Below, piece by piece: positions 1 to 14,167 of a DNA stretch of 64,000 bases. The stretch's first letter is position 1. Each line of letters opens with the position of its first letter. The stretch is from Eledone cirrhosa (taxonomy: Eukaryota). The DNA is taken from contig OZ024754.1 of the NCBI GenBank assembly GCA_964016885.1, forward strand, positions 6,572,001-6,636,000. Direction: 5' to 3'. Made by a program: the position numbers and the translations under genes. A model generated the notes under the pieces. That model worked only from the letters and a program-made list of their open reading frames with translations, did not search any database and had not been told where the DNA came from.

Positions 1-198
1 TATACACACATATACATATATATATATATACACATATACATATATATATATATATATACACACGTATACATATATATATATATACACACGCATATACATA
101 TATATTTATACACACACACACTCATATATATTTATACACACACACATACATACATATATATTAACACACACACATATATATATATATACGTTCAGACT

Positions 199-229
<31 letters not shown>

Positions 230-328
230 ACACACACACACACATATATATTTCTACGTACAGGCACACATATACATACGCATAAACACACACACACATA
301 TATATATACATTATATACACACACACAC

Positions 329-366
<38 letters not shown>

Positions 367-374
<8 letters not shown>

Positions 375-604
375 TAAAATAACAGATTCAAATTTAAGCA
401 AAGAATCGCTGCTTTCACCCTTAACGGGATCTTCTGAAACTAACCATGTATCAGAAGATCCCGTTAAGGGTGAAAGCAGCGATTCTTTGCTTAAACTTTA
501 ATCTGTTATTTTAATAAATATTTGCTCTACGGTTCTTATATATTTGATATATATTTATCCTTATCGAACCCTCTTTGGATTTTACTCTTCAAATTTATTA
601 TTAT

Positions 605-610
<6 letters not shown>
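367..610. mobile_element. Family A pseudo-LTR inverted pair in (TA)n
   Basis: 367-442 is the reverse complement of about 451-525. The sequence matches the 3' UTR at 43360-43520. Confidence 0.75.
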
Positions 611-647
<37 letters not shown>

Positions 648-1023
648 TGTGTGTGCGTGTGCATTTAATCTTTCAAGACAAAATTTGGTCCAGATGTGAT
701 ATTTGTGTCTATTTTAAACATCTACTTTTTGACTCCTTATTATTTTATAACAAAAAGCACCCCCCACCCCCACACACACCACCACAAAAAAAACCCACGG
801 AACGATGGAATGAATTTAAAACCTTATCTCTGTGTTCATCAGGAGTCTTTTTTATCTTTGTAAATTTAAAATATTATTTCACTCTGTAGTCTTTATTGAT
901 TTCACCTGCTATTTGTCTCCTGTAGAAATATTACCGTTTTTTAATATTATCCAAGATCTTTAGTTGAAAACGGAACAAAAATAATAGAAATAAAGTATAC
1001 ATATATATATATGTATATATATG

Positions 1024-1122
<99 letters not shown>

Positions 1123-1337
1123 AAGGGCGACGATGGTTGCCGAGCACTATACGGCGTAATTCGGGCTGTTTGTTTACAAACAAACCGAACATTATAATAA
1201 ATGTTTGGTAAACCCATACGTACATATATATATATGTATGCATGTATGTATATATATATATACATACTACCTACTGTGCGTCTGTACACATATATGTATC
1301 TACGTATACATACTTATATAATATATATATATTATAT

Positions 1338-1411
<74 letters not shown>

Positions 1412-1721
1412 TATATTATATATACATACATTGGTATGTTTATATGCATTTTTTCTTCTAACTTTAATTTCATACCTAATTTTGTATGGTTGACGATATA
1501 TTTAATCGATTTCCACGTGCTATTGACATGCTGGGTAAATATTCTATAGCTGTTGATCGCGAATAGATGGCTGTCGTTTATTTATCTATTATTTCTTCAT
1601 AGGTGCCTTTTAATCTTATAGCCTGGTTTAATTTTTTTTTTTGTGTGTGGTTGATTATGCTAATTGGGAGAGGAATTAGTGTATATATCTTATGAAATGA
1701 TTCTATGGGCATAATTTATAG

Positions 1722-1758
<37 letters not shown>

Positions 1759-2109
1759 CATACACATATGTATATATATATTATATATATATACATATAT
1801 ATATATACATATATATATATTATATATACATACACATATGTATATATATATTATATATATACATATATATATATACATATATACATATATATATATATAT
1901 ATGTATGTTTATCCCGAGTTCAAACGGGGGTAACCACAGTAAGTAAGGTACTCAATACATAGAGTATAAATATTTATTATAGAAATGGCTTCTACAGGAC
2001 TAGAACTGTTATACACACGCACACGCACACACACACACGTCTCTAAAGTTTGAAAGGGTTAAATAAAAGACAAGTGAATCGAACTGTTGATCCTTTGTCG
2101 AGCAGTCAT

Positions 2110-2438
2110 TGTATAAAGTTGATCAGGAGAGATGGTAAAAGACTCAGTGACACGAACTATAGACACCGTGAACAACACTTGGACATTGTATCAAGTTGAC
2201 CAGGAAATATATTAAAGAACTCAGTGACGCGAACTATGGACACTGTGAACAGCAGTTGGACAGTGTATCAAGTTGATCAGGAACCATAGTAAAAAAACTC
2301 AGTGACGCGAACTATCGATACTGTGGTCAGCAGTTGGACAGTGTATCAAATTGACCAGGAAATATATTAAAGAACTCAGTGACACGAACTATGGACACTG
2401 TGGTCAGAAGTTGGACAGTGTATCAAGTTGACTAGGAA
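2110..2438. repeat. Minisatellite, 77-bp unit, about 4 copies
   Basis: gtatcaa(g/a)ttga recurs at 2189, 2266, 2343 and 2420. Confidence 0.85.
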
Positions 2439-2756
2439 GGAGATCTTCATTAAAAATATCAATAAGGATCACGTTCACGTTTAGCTCAGAGAAGCCTGGA
2501 AGAAGATGATTAGCTGGTTAATAGGATCTGGTTTGCGGCTCAAATTTCCTAAGCATAGTTGATAGATGTCACTTGGACACGTCAGTGCAAACACTTTCGT
2601 TAAGTGACTCAAACAGTCAGTTGATAGACACAACATGGACAGATGCAACCAAGCGTGGTTGCACTTCATTAGAGTTTCACGTATATCTTGCAAGTTATGC
2701 GATTATTACGTGCCATATCTCCATCTGATAATGGCTACCAAATTTAGGATTTACTA

Positions 2757-2789
<33 letters not shown>

Positions 2790-3165
2790 TAGTAGTTACA
2801 TTACAAAATAATTCGCATATATATTCTATATATATACAGAGAGAGCGAGAGAAAGAGAAAGAGGAACGGATGAAAGAGAGTGAGATACATATGTGCAGAC
2901 ATCACACTAACATACGTATATATATATATGTATAAATATATATATATTTTCACCTGTTGACTTACACTTCTTATTTATAAATATATTCCAGAGTAAACAG
3001 ACCAACCTGCGCACTTCGTTGAGTGCTCTACACCTTCACACCCAAGTGTTGGTAATTAAACAAAACATGCTCGAATTAATAAAAATAATATATATATATA
3101 TATATAATAGAAATAATAATAGTAACATTGAAATTATAATATGATGATAATATTAAGATAATACA

Positions 3166-3242
<77 letters not shown>

Positions 3243-3244
<2 letters not shown>

Positions 3245-3337
3245 CTCGTCGACAGAGCCCAAGCCGTTTCGAAGGGTATTTCTGGACTAAATTAAATTTT
3301 TAGCGTGGTGTAGATATAGCCGAACTCTTCAAGGGGT
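3243..3337 (-). ncRNA. Degenerate full-length hammerhead of family D
   Basis: ACCCC-TTGAAGA-long stem II-GAAACGGC... The intact 3' half in sister copies is GAAA-CGGC(TTGAGCTCA)GCCG-TC-GGGGT, giving stem I ACCCC/GGGGT and a GUC triplet. Confidence 0.55.
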
Positions 3338-3445
3338 AATTCCATATATGGGCATCGATAATCAGGTATTTCTGAAGCTAGTAGTTATCAAAAGAAGTGG
3401 TCTGGTGCGTTATGGTCCACCTGGTTCCTTACTACACTTCCTTCG

Positions 3446-3492
<47 letters not shown>

Positions 3493-3755
3493 GCTGTGTG
3501 CATATCTTATTTATTTAGACAAGTACATGATGTATACATGTATACATGTAATACATATTGTCTATATAAATATAATATTGACATTACTACACGTGTGTTT
3601 AATCAGCTTAACGAAGTTGATTTTCTGAGGGTTATTGCGTAGGTACTTCATTGCCGCGTCACTATAGACACAACTTCCTCAGACGCGCACACTTGCATCC
3701 ACTCACATACATACATATCACACCAGAATACTCTTATATATACATATATTTATAA

Positions 3756-3788
<33 letters not shown>

Positions 3789-3798
3789 TATATATATG

Positions 3799-3830
<32 letters not shown>

Positions 3831-4309
3831 TATGTATATATATATATACACACACACTCATACATATATATATATATACATTAGTAGTATTACTAAATAT
3901 TTACCTCTATTACTAATACATATACACACACACACACAGACACACATATACAGCTCGTAGAAATTAGTAACAATCTGCGTCGGTAAAATAATAATTAATA
4001 AAATTTGTAAAAGAAGATGAAGATAAAAGAGGATAAAGGAGGTGCTTGCGAAATTCACGCGCATGTAGCTCAGTATTGTACCAATACGTACATGTATGTC
4101 AATACTCAACCTTTTCCATTTTTAGAGGGTTTTAAACCCCACTATCAGGCTAAAGAATTTCTTTAGTCAAAAATACGGCGAAAGCTTCTATTTCTAACAA
4201 ATTTCAAACTTTGCTCGCTGTTTCAAAACAAACTTGCCTCATACATACATACATTAATGATGGCTGCCCCCTCGTTATCGAGTATGGCCATTACACAATA
4301 TAACATTAT

Positions 4310-4500
4310 TAATTGTTTCTATTTTAGGCACAAGGCCAGTAATTAGCCATTACATTACTGGTACTTTATTTTATCGACCCCGTAAGGATGAAAGGCAAAG
4401 TTAACCTCGGCGGGATTTGAACTCAGATCATAAAGGGACGTAACTCTATGCTTCAAAGCATGGTGTCCGACTCTCTACCGATACTGCCAATCCACCGCCC
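4310..4500 (-). mobile_element. SINE family 1 with a TSD of about 22 bp
   Basis: Full copy flanked by ttacacaatata(a/c)cattattaat at 4291 and 4501. Confidence 0.85.
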
Positions 4501-4753
4501 TTACACAATATACCATTATTAATAATTATTAATTGATTCTATCGTGCAATGCCTCTGCGTGAAGATTTTTTTAAAAGTGAGGAAAGACTGTGCACTGAGC
4601 CAATCCCACTCTCTGAGCAACAGTAGTTATAACCCGAAAAGAAGAAATGATCAACATCATCGGTAATTACTGAGCCGCAGGTTTTGTGTCGGAGTTATCC
4701 CAGTTTCCTGAGTTGCCTTCTCCTACATACATACACACATACATACACACACA

Positions 4754-4808
<55 letters not shown>

Positions 4809-4958
4809 TAGAAAACATAAGGACGATTCTCGCTCTTCGGCTGTGGGTCGCTGATCGAAACATCAACGACCGCCAGCAATTGTCCTTATGTTTGTGTTTG
4901 TCTTACAGTTTCTAAACAATATTTATTAGCAACCACACAGCGCCTTTGTCACTTTTAA

Positions 4959-5005
<47 letters not shown>

Positions 5006-5362
5006 AAAATTAAGATAGATTAAAAGAATTCAATCAGAATCGAAATTATGGGTGTCATTCCTTAACGGAATGCGCCATATCGCCCGGAAAATAAGCTCTA
5101 GGACTTTTGTAAGTACGAGCATTTTAATAACTAGGAATAGATCAACATATATATAAATAAATATAAACATGAAAAATCACTGGAGATAATTTTTACAAGC
5201 GTGTAACCACGCATGGCTAGTAGGTAACAAATAAATACAGTTAACTAGAACTTCAAAAATATATACCTTTTAATGATTGTAAAAATTATCTCCTGTGATT
5301 TTTCATGTTTATATTTATTTATATATATGTTGATCAATTCCTAGTTATATATATATATATAA

Positions 5363-5510
5363 AGTAGTTCCACAACAGTTAGTTCACCATACCGAGAAAA
5401 AAATGTTTCACCTTATGCAGCGGATCTTCAGCTTGAGACCGATCTGAAGATCCGTATAAGGTGAAACATTTGTTCTTGTTATGGTAAACCAACTCTTGTG
5501 GAACTACTTC
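5363..5510. mobile_element. Inverted pair of hammerhead-like motifs (family G)
   Basis: Plus: CTGAAGA-T-CC..GG-T-GAAACATTTGTT-CTTG. Minus: CAAG-CTGAAGA-T-CC..GG-T-GAAACA. The flanks tgtggaactac are inverted. Confidence 0.55.
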
Positions 5511-5539
5511 TACCAAATTCGTCCCAAGGACTGAGTGCT

Positions 5540-5609
<70 letters not shown>

Positions 5610-5633
5610 GGATATAACCCTTCAATGTTCTAC

Positions 5634-5667
<34 letters not shown>

Positions 5668-6494
5668 TAAATACGAGAGACGGTTTTATTCGTACATTCC
5701 TATTTTATTCGTTATACGTATTTCGGAGATGTAAGGTAGTTATATAATAACTACCTTACACGTTCTCTTCAGACAAATATACAAACGAGATGCAATATTC
5801 CATTGATATATTACCAGTCGGACGTGTTATTTACCTCGTCGACAATAAAACTCCCGATGAACAAAAACCATGGAATGCTTCACGTCTGTTAAAAATTAAG
5901 TCGGCAGATTTTTAATCAACCAACTTTCTTCAATTGAATAATATTTATATAGAGATGTCAACATGAATGGACCTGTTATTTTTATCTAAAGACATTTTTT
6001 TCCATTCCACCCCGCCCGTCCCCTCAATCTATCTTATTTCTCATTCTTTCTTTTGATGAAAAACTAGCGTCCGAAACATTACGACCCTCTTCCTGCTATA
6101 TCAAGCGTTAACCTAATATATTCCTTCTATATACTGTACCGACTGTGTTATTTCTGTTTACCTTTTACATATACATATAAACTACTACTTCTGTCAGCCA
6201 ACTAACAAAGAAAGAAGGACAAAAACGGACAGATATATGAACTTTCCTCTCTAAATATGTATGTAAAAACTAGTAATTTTTCTCCCCTTTTTATTATTTG
6301 TATAAATATGCAACATAACTACATTAAGCATAACCGCAGTTGAAAAAGCATATAATGCCATTATTAAATGCGGAAATATCCACTTTATAAATAAATAAAT
6401 GTTTTGATATTATACTGAAAGAATCTCTTCAGCATTTTCTACTGAAAAAATCTTTTTCCTCTCTACTATTTATTTTTGTATATGCACACACACA

Positions 6495-6583
<89 letters not shown>

Positions 6584-6973
6584 GAATATATGATAGGTAT
6601 AAACACTATTTATACCTATCATATATTCATTTGTATTACACGGCTCATAAATATTCCTTTCTTTGAGCTATTTAATTGTAAAAGACTATTTGAGTTTATA
6701 ACTCTATATATATATATAATATATATATATATACATATATAGGACAATGTTTAACCCCAACGGCCGAGCTCAAGCCGTTTCGACGCCTATTTCTGGACTA
6801 AATTAGAATTTTTAGCGTGGTAATTAATAAAAATTTAGTCCAGAAATAGCCGTCGAAACGGCTTGAGCTCTGCCGTCGGGGTTAAACATTTTTCTATTAC
6901 CCACTCTACTACCCTAAGTATTGAGTACTCTGGTGCGTTATGATTCATCTGGTTCCTTACCACCCTTCCTTCG

Positions 6974-7008
<35 letters not shown>

Positions 7009-7040
7009 AAAATTGCCAACTTGACTGTCACCACTGAATA

Positions 7041-7079
7041 TGAACCTGAAGATTGCGAAAGCATGAAAGTACTTGTTCA
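7041..7079 (+). ncRNA. Minimal type I hammerhead ribozyme (family H)
   Basis: TGAAC-CTGAAGA-T-TGC(GAAA)GCA-T-GAAA-GTAC-TT-GTTCA. Perfect core, 5-bp stem I, GNRA-capped stem II, palindromic AAGTACTT stem III. Confidence 0.8.
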
Positions 7080-7938
7080 ATTAACATTTAACATTTAATA
7101 TTCTACCATACTATTTCATTATAATATCATTATAATTTTAAAGGAGTGTAAATAAAACGAATAAATCAGACAAAGTTGGAATTCCTTTTATTAATGTGTG
7201 TGTGTGCGTGCGTCTGCGCGTGTGAGTGTGTGTGTGCTCGTGTGAGTGTGTGTGTGCTCGTGTGATTTCTTCCTTCACATTATCTATGCAATTGACTCTT
7301 TCTTACCCAAATGTCAGTGTTTATTGCTCCCAACGTGTTATCTTATTCTAGCAATCTATCTGGACACGCTGTTAACATTTCTTCTTCAACAGTAGTTTGT
7401 TACGGTCAATTTATCACATCTTTTTTCACATAAAGATATAATTATATACTTACGGATGTATGTCTGTATGTATGTATGTGTGTGTGTGTGTGCGTGCGTG
7501 CGTGCGTGTGTGTGCGCGTTTATATATATATATAAACCTATCTATGTATCTATTCATATATATATATACATATACAAATATATATATACATATACAAATA
7601 TATATATATATACACACACAAATATATATATATATATACACATATATATATATACACATATATATATATATACATATATATATATACATATATATATATA
7701 TACATATATACATATACAAATATATATATACATATACAAATATATATATACATATACAAATATATATATATACAAATATATACATATACAAATATATATA
7801 TATATATACACACAAATATATATATATATATACACATATATATATATACACATATATATATATACATATATATATATACATATATACATATATATATATA
7901 CATATATACATATACAAATATATATATATACATATACA

Positions 7939-7972
<34 letters not shown>

Positions 7973-8022
7973 CATATATACAAATATATATATATATATA
8001 CATTTGTGTATGTGTGTGATTG

Positions 8023-8063
<41 letters not shown>

Positions 8064-8438
8064 ATATGTATGGAATGTTATTATGTGGATTTTAAAAGCC
8101 TATTCTTGCAGACGTATAAAATCCAAAAGATAATCTATTCCACTCCCACTTTCAAGTCACTGAAGCTTAGTATAACTAATGTTATGTCATTCTATCTACA
8201 TACAATGGCATCTTGGAACTCTTGTGAATGGCATTGGTTAAAAAGTGTTTCATAATGTATTTACTATCATGTATTTTTACTTTGATATATAATTATCTTG
8301 TTTTACAAATATATATATATGACAAAAACAACAATTTTTCACCTTTATATCACTCTAGTAAAGATCTTTTTTACGGGCGATTTAATTTAGTTTGAAGTCA
8401 ACGAAGAGAAACTTTGTGTAGGAAGACGGGAGAGAGAG

Positions 8439-8485
<47 letters not shown>

Positions 8486-8582
8486 AAGAGAGATGCAGAG
8501 AGCACTTGTCTCGTAATGTAGAGAGTAATGATCGCGTAACGCAAAAAAGCAATGCTTGCATAATGCACTGATCGCGTAAAGC

Positions 8583-8664
<82 letters not shown>

Positions 8665-8749
8665 GTTTCGAGTCTCGTTTGAAGCTTATTCTTTTTCTCT
8701 ATATAAATATATATATATTTTTATTTTGTATGTAAGTTTAGCCTTGTTT

Positions 8750-9310
8750 CATATATAAGCCTCTTCTTATTCCATATACAAGTCTCTTCTTATTTCATAT
8801 ATATGTTTATTCTTATTCCATGTATAAGGTTATCGTTATTCCACATATAAGTATATTCTTATTTCATGTATAAGGTTATCCTTATTCCATGTATGATTTT
8901 ATTCTTGTTCTGTACATGAGCATATTTTTATTCCATATATAAACGTATTCTTATTTCGTATATACGCTTATGCTTGATCCATATATATTTTAATTTTTAT
9001 TCCGCATATAATCTTATTCATATTCCTTCTAATGATATTTTAGTCCATCTATAAGGTTAGTTTAGTCCATGTATAAGGTTATTTTAGTCCATCTATAAGG
9101 TTAGCTTAGTCCATGTATAAGGTTATTTTAGTCCATCTATAAGGTTAGCTTAGTCCATGTATAAGGTTAGTTTAGTCCATCTATAAGGTTAGTTTTAGTC
9201 CATGTATAAGGTTTGTTTAGTCCATCTATAAGGTTATTTTAGTCCATCTATGAGGTTATTATTAAACCAGAGAAGGGCTTATTCTTGTTTCATATATAAG
9301 CTTATTTTAT
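8750..9310. repeat. Minisatellite, unit of about 22 bp
   Basis: ttattttagtccatctataagg / ttagcttagtccatgtataagg; homogeneous at 9040-9255 with degenerate flanks. Confidence 0.85.
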
Positions 9311-9986
9311 ATACATATATAACGTCTCGAAAACGCAAGGATAAAGCTGTACATACAAGAGAAAAAGACAGAAGGAAGCAATTTCTCGTGAGGAAAAGAT
9401 GAACATCTGTTCTAAACATACTAAATAAACTTATCTAGACACTTTCTAGTCACCCGACAATTGACGGGTTAAAAAAAAAAGGAAAACAATTGGGAAAAAA
9501 TTTGAAAAAAATATACGCAAAAGATGAATGAAGATTGTTAAAAATATTTTTTTGGGAACTCCCAGAGAAATCACCCCTTCAATTTATGTCGTGGTAAAAG
9601 ACAGGTGTTAATACCACCCATTCCCCATTTATCTCTTGAGCGTAAAGAACTGTTAACTTAATATTACTGATAAGAGTGTCAAATTTAGATCTCATATTTA
9701 GGTTTCTAACTCATGCTTTAGCCTTCACGTTCTCAGACATAATGGGCTCTAAATAAACGTATCACAATCCATTAGGAGCGTATGAGCTTAGAATAGATAG
9801 GAGCGGAGAAGGGCATTCCATCTATTACATTTATATCTAATTGCTTCCACAAATCAAGAAACATGACGCGCTGCAGTTTCCATTAATATTTTGACCTACA
9901 TATATAATATACTATAGCAATATATAATACCATGATATCAATACAGAACGTAACCACTCTATCTTCAAGATAGTGTTTTAGCACTA

Positions 9987-10051
<65 letters not shown>

Positions 10052-10210
10052 TATATATAACTGCTCTGTAGAAAAACTGATCTTATTACATTGAGCTATT
10101 TATCTTACTGGTAATAAGGTAGTAATAAATTACTGACCCTCACTGTTTAGGGTTTAAAATATACATAACTATAAAAAGTTTTAGTATATACATAACCATA
10201 AATAGTATCC

Positions 10211-10270
<60 letters not shown>

Positions 10271-10464
10271 CAATTCTTGGAACCAAGAGATTACTTAAGA
10301 GGTTCTGCTCCAGAGTGGGAGAGGTGAGGCTGCACGCAACAATGGTAGTACTCTATCAAGGATATTTTTGCTGATTGAACCGATGTCCGAACGTGCAACC
10401 TCACCTCTGAGGCAATCTCTTGGTTCCAAGAATTGTCCGATATATATATATATATATATATATA

Positions 10465-11180
10465 TTTCATCCTCAATGTATACTGATTAATGTTCAGAGC
10501 CATCCTCAGCATTCTCGTGTAGTACCCATCCACCATCTGAGTGATTTTCTTGGTCAGTGTCCAAGTCTCAGACCCGTACAGCAGCACAGACTTCACTACA
10601 GCAATGAAGAGGCGGATTTTCAGGTCTTCACGAAGGTCCGACTTCCACACCGATCCCAAGCTGTGGCACGCCGCCCAGGCTTTGCTCTACCTCTCAATCA
10701 CATCAGCTTCCGTATTCCCAATCTTTGCTCCCAAATACAGGAAGTCCTCAACCAATTCTAGCGGCTTCCCGCCTACATTAGTGATGCCCTCTGGCTTCTC
10801 AACATTCTCTAACAGATATTTTGTTTTAGTCTCATTCATTCTCAGCCCCACACTCATCGATACAGTCTCAACCTCCTGCATCAAATCCTCTGCCTCCTTC
10901 ACAGTATTTGTCACCATCAACTCAAAAGTGACACAGAGGAGACTGAGGTTAGCTGGACATGCTCACCGACATCCAGAGTTGACATTGCACTCAGTGCTCC
11001 TGTGGGAGCCCCTACATGGCCACACTGGAAGAGGAAGACCAAGGTTAACGTATGTTAATGCCCTAAGGACAGACACTGGTCTGTTGGAGACGCAGGACAT
11101 GGCAGCGATAATGAGGGACAGAGACCGCTGGAGAGAACTCGTCCATGCATCTCGGGAATTTTAGCCGCCCTAGAATAGAA
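10465..11180. mobile_element. RTE-clade LINE fragment with 5' inversion
   Basis: Minus about 10465-10918 encodes VGLRMNETKTKY..VEDFLYLG..VLLYGSETWTLT..RMLRMALNI. Plus about 10919-11164 encodes RRLRLAGH..LLWEP..GRGRPRLTY..DRDRWRELV*, followed by a taga-like tail. Confidence 0.85.
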
Positions 11181-11225
11181 TATATATATATGGTTCCAAG
11201 AATTGTCTGATAAACCTAACACCCG

Positions 11226-11291
<66 letters not shown>

Positions 11292-11299
<8 letters not shown>

Positions 11300-11550
11300 A
11301 AGACTTCTACAGGACTAGAACTGTTTCATTCGGGAGGAATCATCACGAATGAAACAGTTCTCGTCCTGTAGAATCCTTTCTATAAATATTTAATATAGAA
11401 AGGCTTCTACAGGACTAAAACTGTTTCATTCGGGAGGAATCATCACGAATGAAATAGTTCTAGTCCTGTAAAAGCCTTTCTATATTAAATATTTACCCTG
11501 CTTTGTATTGAGTACCTTACTTACTGTGGTTACCCCCGATTGAACCCGGG

Positions 11551-11552
<2 letters not shown>
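11292..11552. mobile_element. Family C pseudo-LTR, two tandem palindromes plus 3' tail
   Basis: (tctacaggactagaactgtttcattcg...cgaatgaaacagttc..cctgtag) occurs twice, followed by the tail gtattgagtaccttacttactgtggttacccccg. Other copies are at 1905-2010, 18010-18170, 37770-37835 and 49355-49550. Confidence 0.72.
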
Positions 11553-11623
<71 letters not shown>

Positions 11624-11914
11624 ATATATAGTATGTAATGGCGGTAGTCTAGTAACGTCCGTCCCTCCCTATACCAGTAATTGGAGCAGATTTAGCTGGG
11701 ATGGATGGGTTATAGGTTTTGTGAATAGAATTAAATGTATAATTATGATTTGCGTTTGAAAGAGTTTGTCGATAGTATGGGCTTGTTTTAGATTTGATAA
11801 CGTTCTAGTGAAGACATATACGTTCTTAACTATACATATATATATATAAACAATGAGTTATAACATGAAGTTCACATGAAGATATGTCACTATCTTTACT
11901 ACACCAATTATTGT

Positions 11915-11973
11915 ATTTTATCTGACGAAAGCGTACTGAAATGTTGGTACCCTTGAAATACGTATAATAAAAT
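11915..11973 (+). ncRNA. Type I hammerhead ribozyme (family E)
   Basis: ATTTTAT-CTGACGA-AAGCGTAC..GTACCCTT-GAAA-TACGTA-TA-ATAAAAT. 7-bp stem I and a palindromic stem III. Confidence 0.78.
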
Positions 11974-12017
11974 AAATATGGTTTTATAAAGATATTTTCC
12001 ATTTATTAATATTATTG

Positions 12018-12056
<39 letters not shown>

Positions 12057-12082
12057 ATAATATATATAATACATTTATATAT

Positions 12083-12268
12083 AATTGTTTCTACTTTAGG
12101 CACAAGGCCAGCAATTACCCAGAGTGCATTACTGGTACTTTATTTTATCGACCCCGTAAGGATGAAAGGCAAAGTCAACCTCGGCGGGATTTGAAATCAG
12201 ATCGTAAAGGGACGTAACTATGCTGGAAAGCATGGCGTCCGACCCTCTACCGATACTGCCAATCCACC
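12083..12268 (-). mobile_element. SINE family 1
   Basis: Full copy with TSD atttatatataat. Further copies at about 13630, 17070, 19610, 23255, 24640, 24730, 30110, 30995, 31797, 32425, 39103, 41812, 43838, 51883, 53462, 53675, 62432 and 63440. Confidence 0.85.
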
Positions 12269-12821
12269 GATATTTATATATAATGTACAGAATTTATTTA
12301 CATATAATATATGTATAATTTATAATATAATATATATAATACATATGATATATATATTATATATATACATATACATACATATATATGTGTGTGTGTATGT
12401 GTGTGTTAATAAATATATATATACTGACACAGACTCACATATGATATATATATTATATATATACATATACATACATACATACATATGTGTGTTAATAAAT
12501 ATATATATACTGACACAGACTCACATACTCTTAGACAAACGAGGGAACACACACACATACACACACACACAGCTTAACCCAGCCAATCTTAACTTACTTA
12601 TGAACACTTCTGATGGAGTTGAGGGTTGGTAGTAAACCATCTTATCGAATTTAGAGATATGCAGTTCTTTGACTTTTCACCTTTCTTTGAATATTGGCAT
12701 TAAGTAGGCGTCTTTGCTTAAATGTGAAGAATTTAAAGGGGCGACCTTGTTCCCCCTCTCCCATAGATGACCTAATTACCGAAAAAAATGAACAAAAGGG
12801 GAAAAAAACAAACAAATAATG

Positions 12822-12883
<62 letters not shown>

Positions 12884-13059
12884 ATATATATATCCAGGGA
12901 ATGTAACTTGGAGTTACTGTAGGTTCACCCGGTAATAAAGGAGTAACCAATTGTCCTTGTTTTATTTTTCTATATATACTCGTATATATATATATGTTTT
13001 TCCCCCGCTTTTCTTCACTTTTATATATATACAAATACATATTTATCATTATATATACA

Positions 13060-13102
<43 letters not shown>

Positions 13103-13364
13103 AAATGTGTGAGATCCTTGGTACAGTTAGGTATATTTGAAAAAAAGGAAAAGAATGACTTCACTTGTTGTGTTAAATAATTTGTTTCATTTTATAATAT
13201 TATGAGTTGGTTGATCTAGCTTTTTTTTTAGAAGATATTCTTTATAAATTTAAGAGAGTTGACTAGATCTACCAACTCAATAAAATTTAATCAAATTATT
13301 TAACACAAGTGAAGTTATTCTTTTCCTTTTTTTCAAGTATATATATGTGTGTGTGTGTGTATAT

Positions 13365-13397
<33 letters not shown>

Positions 13398-13762
13398 TAT
13401 ACATATATAAACGGCAACATATTTACCATGTAGATTCACTCTCAATAATCTCGTAACACGGCATATGATGTATCTTTTTCCCCCCTGACAAAAATAGACA
13501 ACTACATCATAGTCTCCCCCCCCCTCCCACACACACAAATAACACACACACATGCACACACATATACACACACATTCACACACACATGCATAGGCATTCA
13601 CACACACATACATACACACCCATATATACATAACTTTGCCTTTCATCCTCACGAGTTCGATAAAATAAAGTAACAGTTATGTACTGGGGTTAATTTAATC
13701 AACTACCCCTTCCCCCAAAATTGTTGACCTTGTGCCTAAATTAGAATCGGTGGACAGAATAG

Positions 13763-13999
13763 AGAAGGCGTTCCCTGGAGGATAGCGAGGGAGAGGTGCT
13801 GGAAGGCGTTCCCCTGGAGGATAATGAGGGAGAGGTGCTGGAAGGCGTTCCCCTGGAGGATAGTGAGGGAGAGGTGCTGGAAGGCGTTCCCCTGGAGGAT
13901 GGTGAGGGAGAGATGCTGGAAGGCGTTCCCCCGGAGGATAGTGAGGGAGAGGTGCTGGAAGGCGTTCCCCCGGAGGATGGCGAGGGAGAGATGCTGGAA
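13763..13999. repeat. GC-rich minisatellite, 39-bp unit, about 6 copies
   Basis: gaaggcgttcccctggaggatagtgagggagaggtgctg. Confidence 0.9.
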
Positions 14000-14167
14000 G
14001 AGCCATTCCAGCTCGCGAGGATGACCAGCTCCTGATAAACCCAACCAACCGAGTCCCCCACCCCCTGCAACCTTACTAGAACAGTGTGTACAGTATAAAA
14101 AAAACAATCAAACAAACAAAAAAACATAACAAAGCGTAAATACAAAAGATGGCGAATTGTGAGCGAT

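Noticed and set aside
2110-2438. CRISPR-like periodicity
   Set aside because: The units are fully repeated with no unique spacers, the context is eukaryotic, and there are no cas genes.
13741-14107. Repeat-peptide ORFs (GERLPAPLPHYPP and similar)
   Set aside because: The 39-bp unit is open in several frames, and no exon borders were found.
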